Assembly (NCBI GenBank): GCA_963758635.1 | Contig: CAVWWD010000003.1 | Span: 64,001-128,000 of the forward strand | Source of the DNA: an uncultured Candidatus Rokubacteria bacterium | GTDB lineage: Bacteria > Methylomirabilota > Methylomirabilia > Rokubacteriales > CSP1-6 | Direction: 5' to 3' | DNA length: 64,000 nucleotides | Part shown: positions 33,153-42,416 of the stretch, one piece after another | How the letters are laid out: each line of letters starts with the position of its first letter | Position numbering within the stretch: position 1 is the stretch's first letter | Notes under the pieces: model-generated | The model's input: only the letters and a program-made list of their open reading frames with translations | The model's database searches: none | Told to the model about the DNA's origin: nothing | Translations under genes and position numbers: made by a program

Positions 33153-35145
33153 GTGACCCATGATCGTCGCGGTGCGGTGGCGGAGGGCCGTCTGACGCGC
33201 GCAGCCGTCGCGCTGCTCGTCGCCTTGGCGTGCCTGGCGTGCAACGCCGAGCTTCGCGTCTTCGGCCCGGGCGGCGAGGTGGCGCGCTTCGGGGGCTCCT
33301 CCGACCCGCCGCCGCCCGCGGGCAGCGAGGCGCCTCCGCCCCCCGAGCCCGCGCCGGGCGCAGAAGCGCGCGAGACCGACGCCGATCCCGCGCAGCCGCC
33401 GCGCGAGGCCCCGCCGGCGCCCGCGATGACCGCGCGCGCGGACGCGGGCGCGCAGCCGGGCTGGACGGCGACAGGCCCGCCGGCGGCGGAACCCGCCGAG
33501 GTGAAGGCCGAGCCCGCCACCTTCCACTCGCTGGCCGTGCGCTGGCCGATCCGCGGCGACTCCAACGCGAATGCCGCGATCCGCGTCCAGTACCGGCAGA
33601 CGGGCGAGCCGCGGTGGCGCGAGGCCTGGCCGCTCTTCCGCACGCACCCCACGCGCGTGTCGCCCGACAACCGCGTGCCCGACGGCTGGCTCTTCGCCGG
33701 CAGCATCGTGGACCTGGTCCCGGACACCGAGTACGAGGTGCGCCTCACCCTCGCCGACCCCGACGGCGGCAACACGGAACGACAACTCGTCATGCGCACG
33801 CGCGGGGAGCCTCGCGCGCCCGCCGACATGCGGGTGCGTCACGTGACCTCGGGCGAGCCGGCAGGCGGCGGCACCGGCGCCGCGGCCGATCCGTTCCGCG
33901 GCCTCGCCGCGGCCCAGGCCGCCGCCCAGCCCGGCGACCTGTTCCTGCTGCACGCGGGCACCTACGCGGGCGGCTTCACGATCGACCGCCGCGGCGCGCC
34001 CGGGCGGCCCATCGTGTACCGCGCGGCCGGCGACGGCCCGGTGGTCCTCGACGGGGGCGGGGCCGAGCGCCTGGTCAACGCCCAGGGGGCGCAGCACGTG
34101 TGGCTCGAGGGGCTGACGCTCCGGAACGCGCGCTACCTGGTCCTGGCGCACCGCGCCGCGCACCTCGTGATCCGGCGATCGACGTTCGAGGTGGTCCGCC
34201 AGGGCATCAGCGCGATCAACGGCGGCTACGACGAGTCGCAGGGCTTCGTCTTCACCGACAACGTGTTCCGCGGGCCCAGCACCTGGCCGCGCTCGTCGGG
34301 CATCGAGGACGTGAACGCCGTGAACGATCTCGGGGGCGGGCCACGTCGTCGCCTACAACTTCTTCACCGGCCTCGCCGACGGCATCCACGGCACGAGCCA
34401 CGGCCGGCTCTCCGCCACGGACTATCACAACAACGACTTCAACGTTTGCACGGACGACGCCATCGAGGCCGACTACGGGGACACCAACGTGCGCGTGTTC
34501 CGGAACCGGATCACGAACTGCTTCGTGGGGGTGAGCTCGCAGCCGACTCACGGGGGTCCCCTCTACGTCTTCCGGAACTCGATCTACAACGTCCAGTACT
34601 CGCCCTTCAAGCTGCACAACGACACCGCGGGTGTGCTCCTCTTCCACAACACGTCGATGAGCGCGGGCATCCCGTTCCACATCCAGCCCGGAGGGGAGAC
34701 GGTGAGCGACGTGATCTCACGGAACAACCTCTACATCGGGATGACGGGACCGGCGCTCCGCTCCACCGGCGAGATGATCCGCTGCGACTTCGACAACGAC
34801 GGCTACGCGTGGGGCGGGGGCTCGTTCGCCCTCTGGAACCGCCAGACGTACCTGACCGCGCGCATGGCCAGCCGGTCCGGCGACATCTACCGGGTGCACG
34901 GGATGACGACCGTCAGCGTGCGCTCCGGCTGGTTCACCGGCGTCGAGCCTCCACGGGACGTCCGCCATCGCTATCCCGCGCAGGTGCACGACCTGCGGAT
35001 CACCTTCCGGTCCGCGGCGAGCGACCGTGGCATCGTCCTCGCGAACTTCAGCGACGGCTTCGTCGGGCGCGCGCCCGACCTGGGCTGCTGCGAGCTCGGC
35101 GAGCCGCTCCCCGTGTACGGCCCCCGGCCGCTGCCCGCCCGATGA
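33153..35145 (+). CDS. Secreted/lipoprotein right-handed beta-helix (pectin lyase-like) protein with Pro-rich linker and Fn3-like domain (indel near 34325; start uncertain)
   Basis: Hydrophobic leader ending LACLAC, GSIVDLVPDTEYEVRL, AQPGD..LLHAGTY, repeated N-containing beta-helix rungs and APDLG.CE at the end. Confidence 0.7.
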
Positions 35146-35675
35146 GCGCGCGCGGTCTCGCCGGCCTCCTCCTCGTCGCTGTCCTCGCCGCGGGGTGCGC
35201 GACCACGCCCGGGGTCGAGGCGCCGTACGTCCAGACGCCGGCCAGCGTCGTCACCGCCATGCTGCGGCTGGCCGCGGTGGGGCCGGCCGACGTCGTCTAC
35301 GACCTGGGATCGGGCGACGGTCGCGTGGTCATCGCGGCGGCGCGCGACTTCGGGGCGCGCGGCGTCGGGGTGGAGCTCGAGCCTCGCCTGGTGGCGGAGA
35401 GCCGCGGGATCGCCGCGCGCGCCGGCGTGGCCGATCGCGCGCAGTTCGTCCAGCAGGACATCTTCGTGACCGACGTGAGCCCGGCGACGGTGGTGACGCT
35501 CTACCTGGGCGCCGACCTGAACGCCCGCCTCCGCCCGCGCCTCCTCGCCCAGCTCAAGCCCGGCTCGCGCATCGTGTCGCACGACTTCCCGATCGCGGGG
35601 TGGGAGCCGTTGCGCACGATCACGGTCCAGGGCCCCGACCGCAGCCACACCCTCTACCTCTGGACGGTGCCGTAG
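35142..35675 (+). CDS. Class I SAM-dependent methyltransferase with a lipoprotein signal
   Basis: Lipobox LAAGC, PYVQTP, YDLGSGDGR, ATVVTLYL and RIVSHDF. Confidence 0.85.
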   Translation: MSARGLAGLLLVAVLAAGCATTPGVEAPYVQTPASVVTAMLRLAAVGPADVVYDLGSGDGRVVIAAARDFGARGVGVELEPRLVAESRGIAARAGVADRAQFVQQDIFVTDVSPATVVTLYLGADLNARLRPRLLAQLKPGSRIVSHDFPIAGWEPLRTITVQGPDRSHTLYLWTVP

Positions 35676-35695
35676 TCCGGGGACGGCGGGCCGCG

Positions 35696-36193
35696 CTACG
35701 CGCTGGTGGTGCGGGGGTCGGGCTCGGCGAGGATGCGGCGGCTCTGAGCCTCGCGGTACTTCCGGAGTGCGTCGCGATACTGCGGATGCTTGCCGGCGAG
35801 GATGGCGGTGGCGAAGAGCGCGGCGTTCACCGCCCCCGCGCGCCCGATGGCGAGCGTGCCCACCGGGATGCCCGCGGGCATCTGGACCGTGGAGAGCAGC
35901 GAGTCCATGCCCTTGAGGGCCTGCGACTCCATCGGGACGCCGAGCACCGGAAGCAGCGTCTTCGCCGCGGTCACGCCGGCGAGGTGCGCGGCGCCGCCGG
36001 CGGCGGCGATGATCACCTCGAGACCGCGCGCCTCCGCGGACGACGCGTACTCCAGCAACTCGTCCGGCGTCCGGTGCGCGGAGAGGATCCGCACCTCGCA
36101 CGGTACGGCGAGGGCCTGGAGCGTCTCCGCCGCGTGCGCCATCGTCTCCCAGTCCGACTTCGAGCCCATGATCACGCCGACGAGTGGCTTCAT
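35696..36193 (-). CDS. purE: N5-carboxyaminoimidazole ribonucleotide mutase
   Basis: [21 protein letters not shown] and VQMPAGIPV. Confidence 0.96.
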   Translation of the reverse strand: MKPLVGVIMGSKSDWETMAHAAETLQALAVPCEVRILSAHRTPDELLEYASSAEARGLEVIIAAAGGAAHLAGVTAAKTLLPVLGVPMESQALKGMDSLLSTVQMPAGIPVGTLAIGRAGAVNAALFATAILAGKHPQYRDALRKYREAQSRRILAEPDPRTTSA

Positions 36194-36343
36194 GGCCCGC
36201 GATTGTAGCAGGCGCGGGGACGGGTGGAGCGGCGCGCGGTGTACAATCCGCGTCGAGCGGGTGAAAGCCGGTTCGTGTACCGGGTTCGTGGTCCGACCAG
36301 TGTGGTATACTCCCGCGGGTTTTGACATTTCAGGAGGCGGTCA

Positions 36344-36703
36344 GTGACCGGGTATCTCCCCGTCGTCATCTACCTCGTGCTCATCGTCGGGTTCGCCGTC
36401 GTCTCGCTGGGGATGGCGCGGGTGCTGCGTCCGTCCCGGCCGTTCGCCTCGGCGGCGAAGCTCGACAACTACGAGTGCGGGGCCGAGCCGATCGGGGACG
36501 CCTGGGTGCAGTTCCCCGTCGGCTTCTACCTGGTCGCGCTGATCTTCATCGTGTTCGACGCCCTCGCCGTGTTCCTGTTCCCGTGGGCCCTCCTGCTCCG
36601 GGACCTCGGCATGTGGGCGGTGGGGACGATGACGGTGTTCATCGGCATCCTCTCGCTGGGCTGGGTCTACGCGTATCGCGAGGGCATCCTGGAATGGAAG
36701 TGA
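36344..36703 (+). CDS. nuoA: NADH-quinone oxidoreductase subunit A
   Basis: [16 protein letters not shown] and GILEW. Confidence 0.93.
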   Translation: MTGYLPVVIYLVLIVGFAVVSLGMARVLRPSRPFASAAKLDNYECGAEPIGDAWVQFPVGFYLVALIFIVFDALAVFLFPWALLLRDLGMWAVGTMTVFIGILSLGWVYAYREGILEWK

Positions 36704-37332
36704 AGCCGCCGATCCCGCAGATCCCGCCCGCCGTATGGACCGAGTTCAAGGACCTCCAGGAGTGGGAGAAGCTCCGCCAGGAGCGCCCCACCGACGACAA
36801 GCACTCGGCGCTCTTCGAGTCGCTCACGGAGGGAGTCCACCACTTCCCGGGCGGCTTCCTCGTGACGACGGTGGCCGACTCGTTCCTGAACTGGGCGCGG
36901 AAGTCCTCGGTGTGGCCGGTCACCTTCGGGCTGGCCTGCTGCGCGATCGAGATGATGGCGACCTTCGCCTCGCGGTTCGACGTGGAGCGCCTCGGGATGG
37001 TGCCGTGGGCGTCGCCGCGGCACTCCGACCTCATGATCGTGTCCGGCACCGTCACCATCAAGATGGCGCCGATGCTCAAGCGCATCTACGACCAGATGCC
37101 GGATCCGAAGTGGGCCGTCTCCATGGGCTCGTGCGCCAACTCCGGCGGACCGTTCCGCCACGGCTACCACGTCGTGAAGGGCGTGGACCGCCTCATCCCC
37201 GTGGACGTGTACGTGCCCGGCTGCCCGCCGCCCCCCGAGTCGCTCCTGTTCGGCCTCCTCAAGCTGCAGGACCAGATCCAGCACTTCCGGAAGACCGGCG
37301 AGCGGGCCGCGCCCACCCCGAAGGTCGACTGA
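36694..37332 (+). CDS. nuoB: NADH-quinone oxidoreductase subunit B
   Basis: [21 protein letters not shown] and [10 protein letters not shown]. Confidence 0.95.
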   Translation: MEVKPPIPQIPPAVWTEFKDLQEWEKLRQERPTDDKHSALFESLTEGVHHFPGGFLVTTVADSFLNWARKSSVWPVTFGLACCAIEMMATFASRFDVERLGMVPWASPRHSDLMIVSGTVTIKMAPMLKRIYDQMPDPKWAVSMGSCANSGGPFRHGYHVVKGVDRLIPVDVYVPGCPPPPESLLFGLLKLQDQIQHFRKTGERAAPTPKVD

Positions 37333-37395
37333 GGACGTGGGGCGTCGCGCGGGGATGCGAGACCGGGTGAGCCATGCGCAGGGGAGAGCCGCGCG

Positions 37396-37848
37396 ATGAC
37401 GGCGGCCGAGGCCCCGTCCCTCCTCGAGGGACGCTTCGGCGTGGCCCCGACGGGCGAGGGGCGCGCGCTCGCCATCACCGTGCCGCCCCCGCGCTGGGCG
37501 GAGCTGGGAGAGTTCGCCCGGCGAACGCTCGGTTGCGCCTACCTGAGCTTCCTGTCCGCGGTGGACTGGAAGGAGCAGGGCCTCGAGGTGATCGCCCGCG
37601 TGGAAAATCTCGAGGCGAATTTCGCCCTGACCATGAAGACGCGGCTGCCCGCGGGGGAGAGCGCGTGCGCCTCGCTCGTGCCCGCCTACCGCGGCGCGAA
37701 CTGGATGGAGCGGGAGTGCTACGACATGTTCGGGATCCGCTTCGAGGGCCATCCCGACCTCCGGCGCATCCTGCTCCCCGCGGACTGGGAGGGGCATCCC
37801 CTCCTCAAGTCCTACGCCGTCGACACGCCGCACCCCCCGTACCGATGA
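37396..37848 (+). CDS. nuoC: NADH-quinone oxidoreductase subunit C
   Basis: ANWMERECYDMFGI.FEGHPDLRRIL...GHPL. Confidence 0.93.
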   Translation: MTAAEAPSLLEGRFGVAPTGEGRALAITVPPPRWAELGEFARRTLGCAYLSFLSAVDWKEQGLEVIARVENLEANFALTMKTRLPAGESACASLVPAYRGANWMERECYDMFGIRFEGHPDLRRILLPADWEGHPLLKSYAVDTPHPPYR

Positions 37849-37858
37849 GCCGGACGCC

Positions 37859-38497
37859 GTGATCCACGAGCTGCGGACGTACACGCTGGTCCCCGAGAAG
37901 GTGCCGGAGTTCCTGCGCCTCACGCGGGAGCTGGGCTACCCGCTCCGGACGAGCCATTCCCGCTGCCTCGGCTACTGGACGACCGAGCTCGGCGAGCTGA
38001 ACCAGGCCGTGCACCTGTGGGAGTACGACGACTACGCGCATCGCACGCGGGTGCGCGCGGCGCTCGCCGCGGATGCCGCGTGGCAGGAGACGTTCCTGCC
38101 CCGCATCCGGCCGTGCCTGCTCCACCAGGAGTCGAGCCTGCTGATCCCGTCCGACGTGGCGCCGGTCACGCCGGGCGCCGGCCACGGCCTCTACGAGCTG
38201 CGCTGGTACAAGCTCTTGCCGGGCAAGGTGGGCGAGTGGCTCGCCAACTTCCGCTCCGGCCTGCAGACCCGCGCCCGCTACGGCAACACGCCGGTCGGCG
38301 TGTGGTCCGCCGAGCTCGGCCCCCTCAACGTCATCTACCATCTCTGGGGCTACGCGGACCTCCAGGCGCGCGCGGACGTCCGGCGGAAGTTCGGCGAGGA
38401 TCCGGCGTGGGCGCAGGTGGTGCAGAAGAACCTGCCCCTCATGCTCGAGATGAACTCGAAGATCCTCGTCCCCACCGATTTCTCCCCGATGAGGTAG
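37859..38497 (+). CDS. Two-domain NIPSNAP family protein
   Basis: Two repeats: IHELRTYTL.P...GYW.TELGELN..VHLW.Y and LYELRWYKL.P...GVW.AELG.LN...HLW.Y, ending LVPTDFSPM. Confidence 0.9.
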   Translation: MIHELRTYTLVPEKVPEFLRLTRELGYPLRTSHSRCLGYWTTELGELNQAVHLWEYDDYAHRTRVRAALAADAAWQETFLPRIRPCLLHQESSLLIPSDVAPVTPGAGHGLYELRWYKLLPGKVGEWLANFRSGLQTRARYGNTPVGVWSAELGPLNVIYHLWGYADLQARADVRRKFGEDPAWAQVVQKNLPLMLEMNSKILVPTDFSPMR

Positions 38498-38589
38498 TGA
38501 AGGAATGCGGATGTCGGTTTCAGCAAGCGGGCGAACATCGTGATTCTGCGAACACGCGGCGTGACGTTCTCGTCATTCATTCACGATCT
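38498..38589. mobile_element. MITE-like element family B, copy 3, flanked by an 11-bp direct repeat
   Basis: CGATGAGGTAG at 38487-38497 and 38590-38600. The interior is homologous to the other family B copies. Confidence 0.75.
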
Positions 38590-38604
38590 CGATGAGGTAG
38601 CCCC

Positions 38605-39768
38605 ATGGCCGACCCCGAAGCGCGACACGTCCTCGAGATGGGCTACGGCGGCAGCGAGCGCCTCACGATGAACATGGGGCCGCAGCACCCGTCCGCGCAC
38701 GGCGTGTTCCGCGCCATCCTCACGCTCGAGGGCGAGACGGTGGTGGCGGTGGACGCGGTGATCGGCTACCTGCACCGCTGCCACGAGAAGCTCGCCGAGA
38801 CGCTCACGTACACGCAGTACCCGTCGATCGCCTCGAAGACCGACTACGTGGCGGCGATGACGAGCGAGCTCGCCTACGTGCGCGCCGCCGAGCAGATCGG
38901 GAAGATCGAGGTCCCGAAGCGCGCCCAGTACCTGCGCGTGCTCGTGGGCGAGCTGCAGCGCATCGCCTCCCACTGCCTGTGGCTCGGCACGTGGTGCCTG
39001 GACATGGGCGGGGCCCTCGGCGGCGGCGCCACCGTGTTCCTCTACTGCATCCGCGAGCGCGAGACCGTGCTCGACCTGTTCGAGTCGCTGGTGGGCGCGC
39101 GCCTCCTGTACGGCTTCCACCAGGTCGGGGGCACGCGCTACGACCTGCCCGCGGGCTGGACCGAGACGTGCCGCTCGGCCGTCGACCTGATCGAGCGGCG
39201 CATCGTCGAGTGGGAGGACATGCTGGAGGGCAACGCGTTCTTCCAGGCGCGGACCCAGGGCGTGGGCGTGATCTCGCGCGAGCTCGCGCAGGAGGTGGGC
39301 ATCTCGGGGCCCCTCATCCGGGGCTCGGGCGTGGCCTACGACATCCGGCGCGCCGAGCCCTACTCCTCCTACGAGGACTTCGACTTCAAGGTGCCGGTGG
39401 AGACGGCGGGCGACTGCTACGCGCGGTACCGCGTCCGGATGGTGGAGTTCAGGGAGTCGATCAAGATCGTCCGCCAGGTGCTGGACGGGCTGCCCGAGGG
39501 CCCGATCTCGTCGCGCCCCGGCGTCAAGTCCGTGGGCCAGGTGCGCGTGCCCAAGGGCGAAGGGTACGCCCGCGTGGAAGGCGCCCGCGGCGAGGTGGGC
39601 TGCTACCTGGTCGCCGACGGCAGCGCCAAGCCCTACCGCATGAAGTGGCGCGGCGCCTCCTTCTCGAACCTCGCCGTGCTCCCCCACATCATCCCCGGCC
39701 ACAAGGTCGCCGACGTCGTCGCCATCATGGGCTCCGTCGACCCCGTGTTCGGGGAAGTGGATAGGTAG
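38605..39768 (+). CDS. nuoD: NADH-quinone oxidoreductase subunit D
   Basis: NMGPQHPSAHGV, GYLHR, ELQRIASH and DPVFGEVDR. Confidence 0.95.
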   Translation: MADPEARHVLEMGYGGSERLTMNMGPQHPSAHGVFRAILTLEGETVVAVDAVIGYLHRCHEKLAETLTYTQYPSIASKTDYVAAMTSELAYVRAAEQIGKIEVPKRAQYLRVLVGELQRIASHCLWLGTWCLDMGGALGGGATVFLYCIRERETVLDLFESLVGARLLYGFHQVGGTRYDLPAGWTETCRSAVDLIERRIVEWEDMLEGNAFFQARTQGVGVISRELAQEVGISGPLIRGSGVAYDIRRAEPYSSYEDFDFKVPVETAGDCYARYRVRMVEFRESIKIVRQVLDGLPEGPISSRPGVKSVGQVRVPKGEGYARVEGARGEVGCYLVADGSAKPYRMKWRGASFSNLAVLPHIIPGHKVADVVAIMGSVDPVFGEVDR

Positions 39769-39787
39769 TGCGAAGCGAGCCAGAGGC

Positions 39788-39940
39788 GAGCGGAGCGCAC
39801 ATGGAAATGCAGTGGAAACGACCGCAGCCCGACGAGTGCCAGCGCGTCGAGGTCGCGCACATGGGAATGCCTTGGAAACGACCGCAGCCCCTGCGAGTGC
39901 CGGCGCGATGAGCGGAGCGCACGTGGAGATGCCACTGGAG
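39788..39940. repeat. ~60-bp tandem repeat, about 2.5 units
   Basis: GCGCACRTGG starts at 39795, 39855 and 39917; TGGAAACGACCGCAGCCC occurs in the first two units. Confidence 0.8.
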
Positions 39941-39955
39941 CCAACCGCCAACCAG

Positions 39956-40068
39956 AACCCTCTCCCCTCTGGGGAGAGGGCAGGGTGAGGGGCCATTGCG
40001 CGTCCACCCGCGGCGGGCCGTGCCGCCGACCCTCACCCCGACCCTCTCCCTGGAAGGGAGAGGGAGAG
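39956..40068. repeat. Palindromic REP-like element, copy 2
   Basis: Same arms as 1616-1736 with a different central spacer. Confidence 0.85.
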
Positions 40069-40069
40069 C

Positions 40070-41059
40070 GTGATGCCCGAGCCGCTCTACTTCGGCATCG
40101 TCGCCTTCGTCGTCCTCAACGCGGTGATCGGCATGGTCACCTACGTCACGCTCCTCGAGCGCAAGTTCGCGGCGCGGATGCAGTCGCGCATCGGGCCGTA
40201 CCGCGTGGGGCCGCACGGCCTGCTCCAGCCCATCGCCGACGCGCTCAAGCTGATGATGAAGGAGGACGTGATCCCCCGGCAGGCCGACCGCGCCGTCTAC
40301 AACCTGGCGCCGATCGTGTTCCTGGTCCCGTGCATGCTGATCTTCGCCACCATGCCGTTCGCCCCCGGCCTCGGGGTGGCCGACCTCAACATCGGCATCC
40401 TGTTCTTCCTCGCCGTGTCGGCCATGGAGATCGTGGGCCTGTTCATGGGGGGCTGGGGATCGAACAACAAGTACGCGCTCCTGAGCGCGATGCGCGCGGT
40501 GAACCAGATCATCTCCTACGACCTGCCGTTCATCTTCGCCGCGCTCGTGCCCGTGGTCCTCGCGGGCTCGCTCCGCCTGTCCGACATCGCGGCGGCCCAG
40601 GCGGGCTGGGTCGGCGCGTTCATCTTCTACCCGGTGATCGGCCAGCTCGCCTTCGTCGCCTACATCGTGGCCACGCTCGCCGCCGAGAACCGCGTGCCCT
40701 TCGACATCCTCGAGGCGGAGTCGGAGCTGGTGGCGGGGTTCCGCGTCGAGTACTCCGGCATGAAGTTCGCGCTCATCCAGCTCGGCGAGTACGCGCACAT
40801 GATCGGCACCTCGTTCCTCGGCGCCCTCCTCTTCCTGGGCGCGTGGTCGGGGCCGGGGCCGGACTGGCTGGGCCCGGTGTGGTTTCTCCTCAAGGCCATG
40901 TTCGTCTTCCTGCTCGTGACGTGGATCCGCTGGAGCTTCGTGCGCATCCGCGTGGACCAGATCCTCGCCATCTCGTGGAAGCTGCTGCTGCCCGCGACGC
41001 TCCTGCTCCTGATGGCCACCGCGGTGGTGGTGGCGTGGAGGGCCGGCGGTGGCGCGTGA
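40070..41059 (+). CDS. nuoH: NADH-quinone oxidoreductase subunit H
   Basis: ERK...MQSRIGP, QPIADALKL and PFDI.EAESELVAG...EYSG. Confidence 0.95.
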   Translation: MMPEPLYFGIVAFVVLNAVIGMVTYVTLLERKFAARMQSRIGPYRVGPHGLLQPIADALKLMMKEDVIPRQADRAVYNLAPIVFLVPCMLIFATMPFAPGLGVADLNIGILFFLAVSAMEIVGLFMGGWGSNNKYALLSAMRAVNQIISYDLPFIFAALVPVVLAGSLRLSDIAAAQAGWVGAFIFYPVIGQLAFVAYIVATLAAENRVPFDILEAESELVAGFRVEYSGMKFALIQLGEYAHMIGTSFLGALLFLGAWSGPGPDWLGPVWFLLKAMFVFLLVTWIRWSFVRIRVDQILAISWKLLLPATLLLLMATAVVVAWRAGGGA

Positions 41060-41610
41060 CGGGTTCTTCGGCGAGCTCGTGGACCTCTGCCGCGCGGTGG
41101 GCAAGGCGATGGGCGTCACCTTCGTCAACTTCCTGCGCAAGCCCGTCACCGTGCACTACCCGGACGTGAAGCGCGACTATCCCGACCGCTTCCGGGGCGT
41201 CCTCGCCTTGACCTACGACAAGGAGACGGGCGAGGAGAACTGCATCGGCTGCCGGCTCTGCGAGTACATCTGCCCGCCGCAGGTCATCAAGGTGGAGATG
41301 CTCAAGGCGGAGAAGCGGAACTGGGCCAAGACGTTCACGCTCGAGCTGTACGCCTGCGAGTTCTGCGAGCTGTGCGTGCAGGTGTGCCCGACCGACGCCA
41401 TCATCATGATGAAGTCGTTCGACCTCGCGACCAGCGACCGGCGCGAGCTGCTTGCTCGACAAGGACCGTCTCCACGCCATCGGCCTCCAGTTCGCGCCCT
41501 CCTGGGCCACCGGCAACGGGCTCCGCGACATGCAGGCGCCGCCCAGGCCCGCGAAGGCCGAGGGCGCCCCCGGCAAGGCCGCGGAGACCCCGGCGGGAGG
41601 CGCCGCGTGA
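41049..41610 (+). CDS. nuoI: NADH-quinone oxidoreductase subunit I (indel near 41452)
   Basis: Ferredoxin motifs CIGCRLCEYICP and CEFCELCVQVCP. Confidence 0.9.
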
Positions 41611-42101
41611 GCCTCGAGCCGATAGCGTTCTGGGCCCTGGCCGTGGTGCTCGTGGCCTCGGCCCTCGCGGTGGTCCTCACCAAGAACCTCTTCCATTCCG
41701 TCCTGTACCTGGCCCTGGCCCTCACCGGCACCGCGGGGATCTTCCTCACCCTCGACGCCGAGTTCCTCGCCGCCGTCCAGCTCCTGCTCTACGCGGGCGG
41801 CCTCATCACGATCGCGGTGTTCGCCATCGTGGTCACGGAGCGGCTCGTCGGGACCCGTCTCTCGCAGACGAGCCGCCACCTGTTCAACGGGGCCATCGTG
41901 GCCGGCGCGGTCCTCGTCGCGCTCCTCTCGTTCATCGGGCGGGCCGTCCTGCCCGACGCGCGGCCGCCGATGGACGGCGACCTCACGCGCGCCATCGGCG
42001 AGGCCGTCCTCACGCGCTTCGTGCTGCCGTTCGAGATCCTCGGGGTGCTGTTCCTCGCCGCGCTGCTCGGCGCGACCTACTTCGCGCGCCCGGACGACTG
42101 A
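41607..42101 (+). CDS. nuoJ: NADH-quinone oxidoreductase subunit J
   Basis: AEFLAAVQLLLYAGG and LPFEIL. Confidence 0.92.
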   Translation: MSLEPIAFWALAVVLVASALAVVLTKNLFHSVLYLALALTGTAGIFLTLDAEFLAAVQLLLYAGGLITIAVFAIVVTERLVGTRLSQTSRHLFNGAIVAGAVLVALLSFIGRAVLPDARPPMDGDLTRAIGEAVLTRFVLPFEILGVLFLAALLGATYFARPDD

Positions 42102-42106
42102 TCCCC

Positions 42107-42406
42107 ATGGGGCTCCAGGCCTACCTGTCGCTCGCCGCGGTGCTGTTCGCCATCGGGCTCTTCGGCGTGATCACGCGGCGGAACACGATCGGCATCCTCC
42201 TCGGCATCGAGCTGATGCTGAACGCGGTGAACATCAACCTGGTGGCCTGGTCGCGCTGGAACGGCGACCCCGCGGGGATGGTGTTCACGGTGTTCGCCAT
42301 CTGCATCACGGTGGCCGAGGTCGCGGTGGGGCTGGCTCTCGTGATCCTCATCTTCCGGGTCCGGCGCACCGCCATCGCCGACCACCTCGACCTCCTCAGG
42401 GGATGA
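42107..42406 (+). CDS. nuoK: NADH-quinone oxidoreductase subunit K
   Basis: RRN.I..LLGIELMLNAVN and AEVAVGLA. Confidence 0.93.
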   Translation: MGLQAYLSLAAVLFAIGLFGVITRRNTIGILLGIELMLNAVNINLVAWSRWNGDPAGMVFTVFAICITVAEVAVGLALVILIFRVRRTAIADHLDLLRG

Positions 42407-42416
42407 CCCGCCGCCC

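Noticed and set aside
33087..35675. Apparent 862-aa beta-helix/methyltransferase fusion, and similar ORF-track fusions (nuoI-nuoJ, LLM-secreted protein, CoA-transferase-lyase)
   Set aside because: These arise from indels. Each downstream gene has its own start overlapping the true upstream stop.
39788..39940. Possible CRISPR array (units containing GGAAAC at ~60-bp period)
   Set aside because: The would-be spacers are homologous to each other, there are only about 2.5 units, and no cas genes are present.
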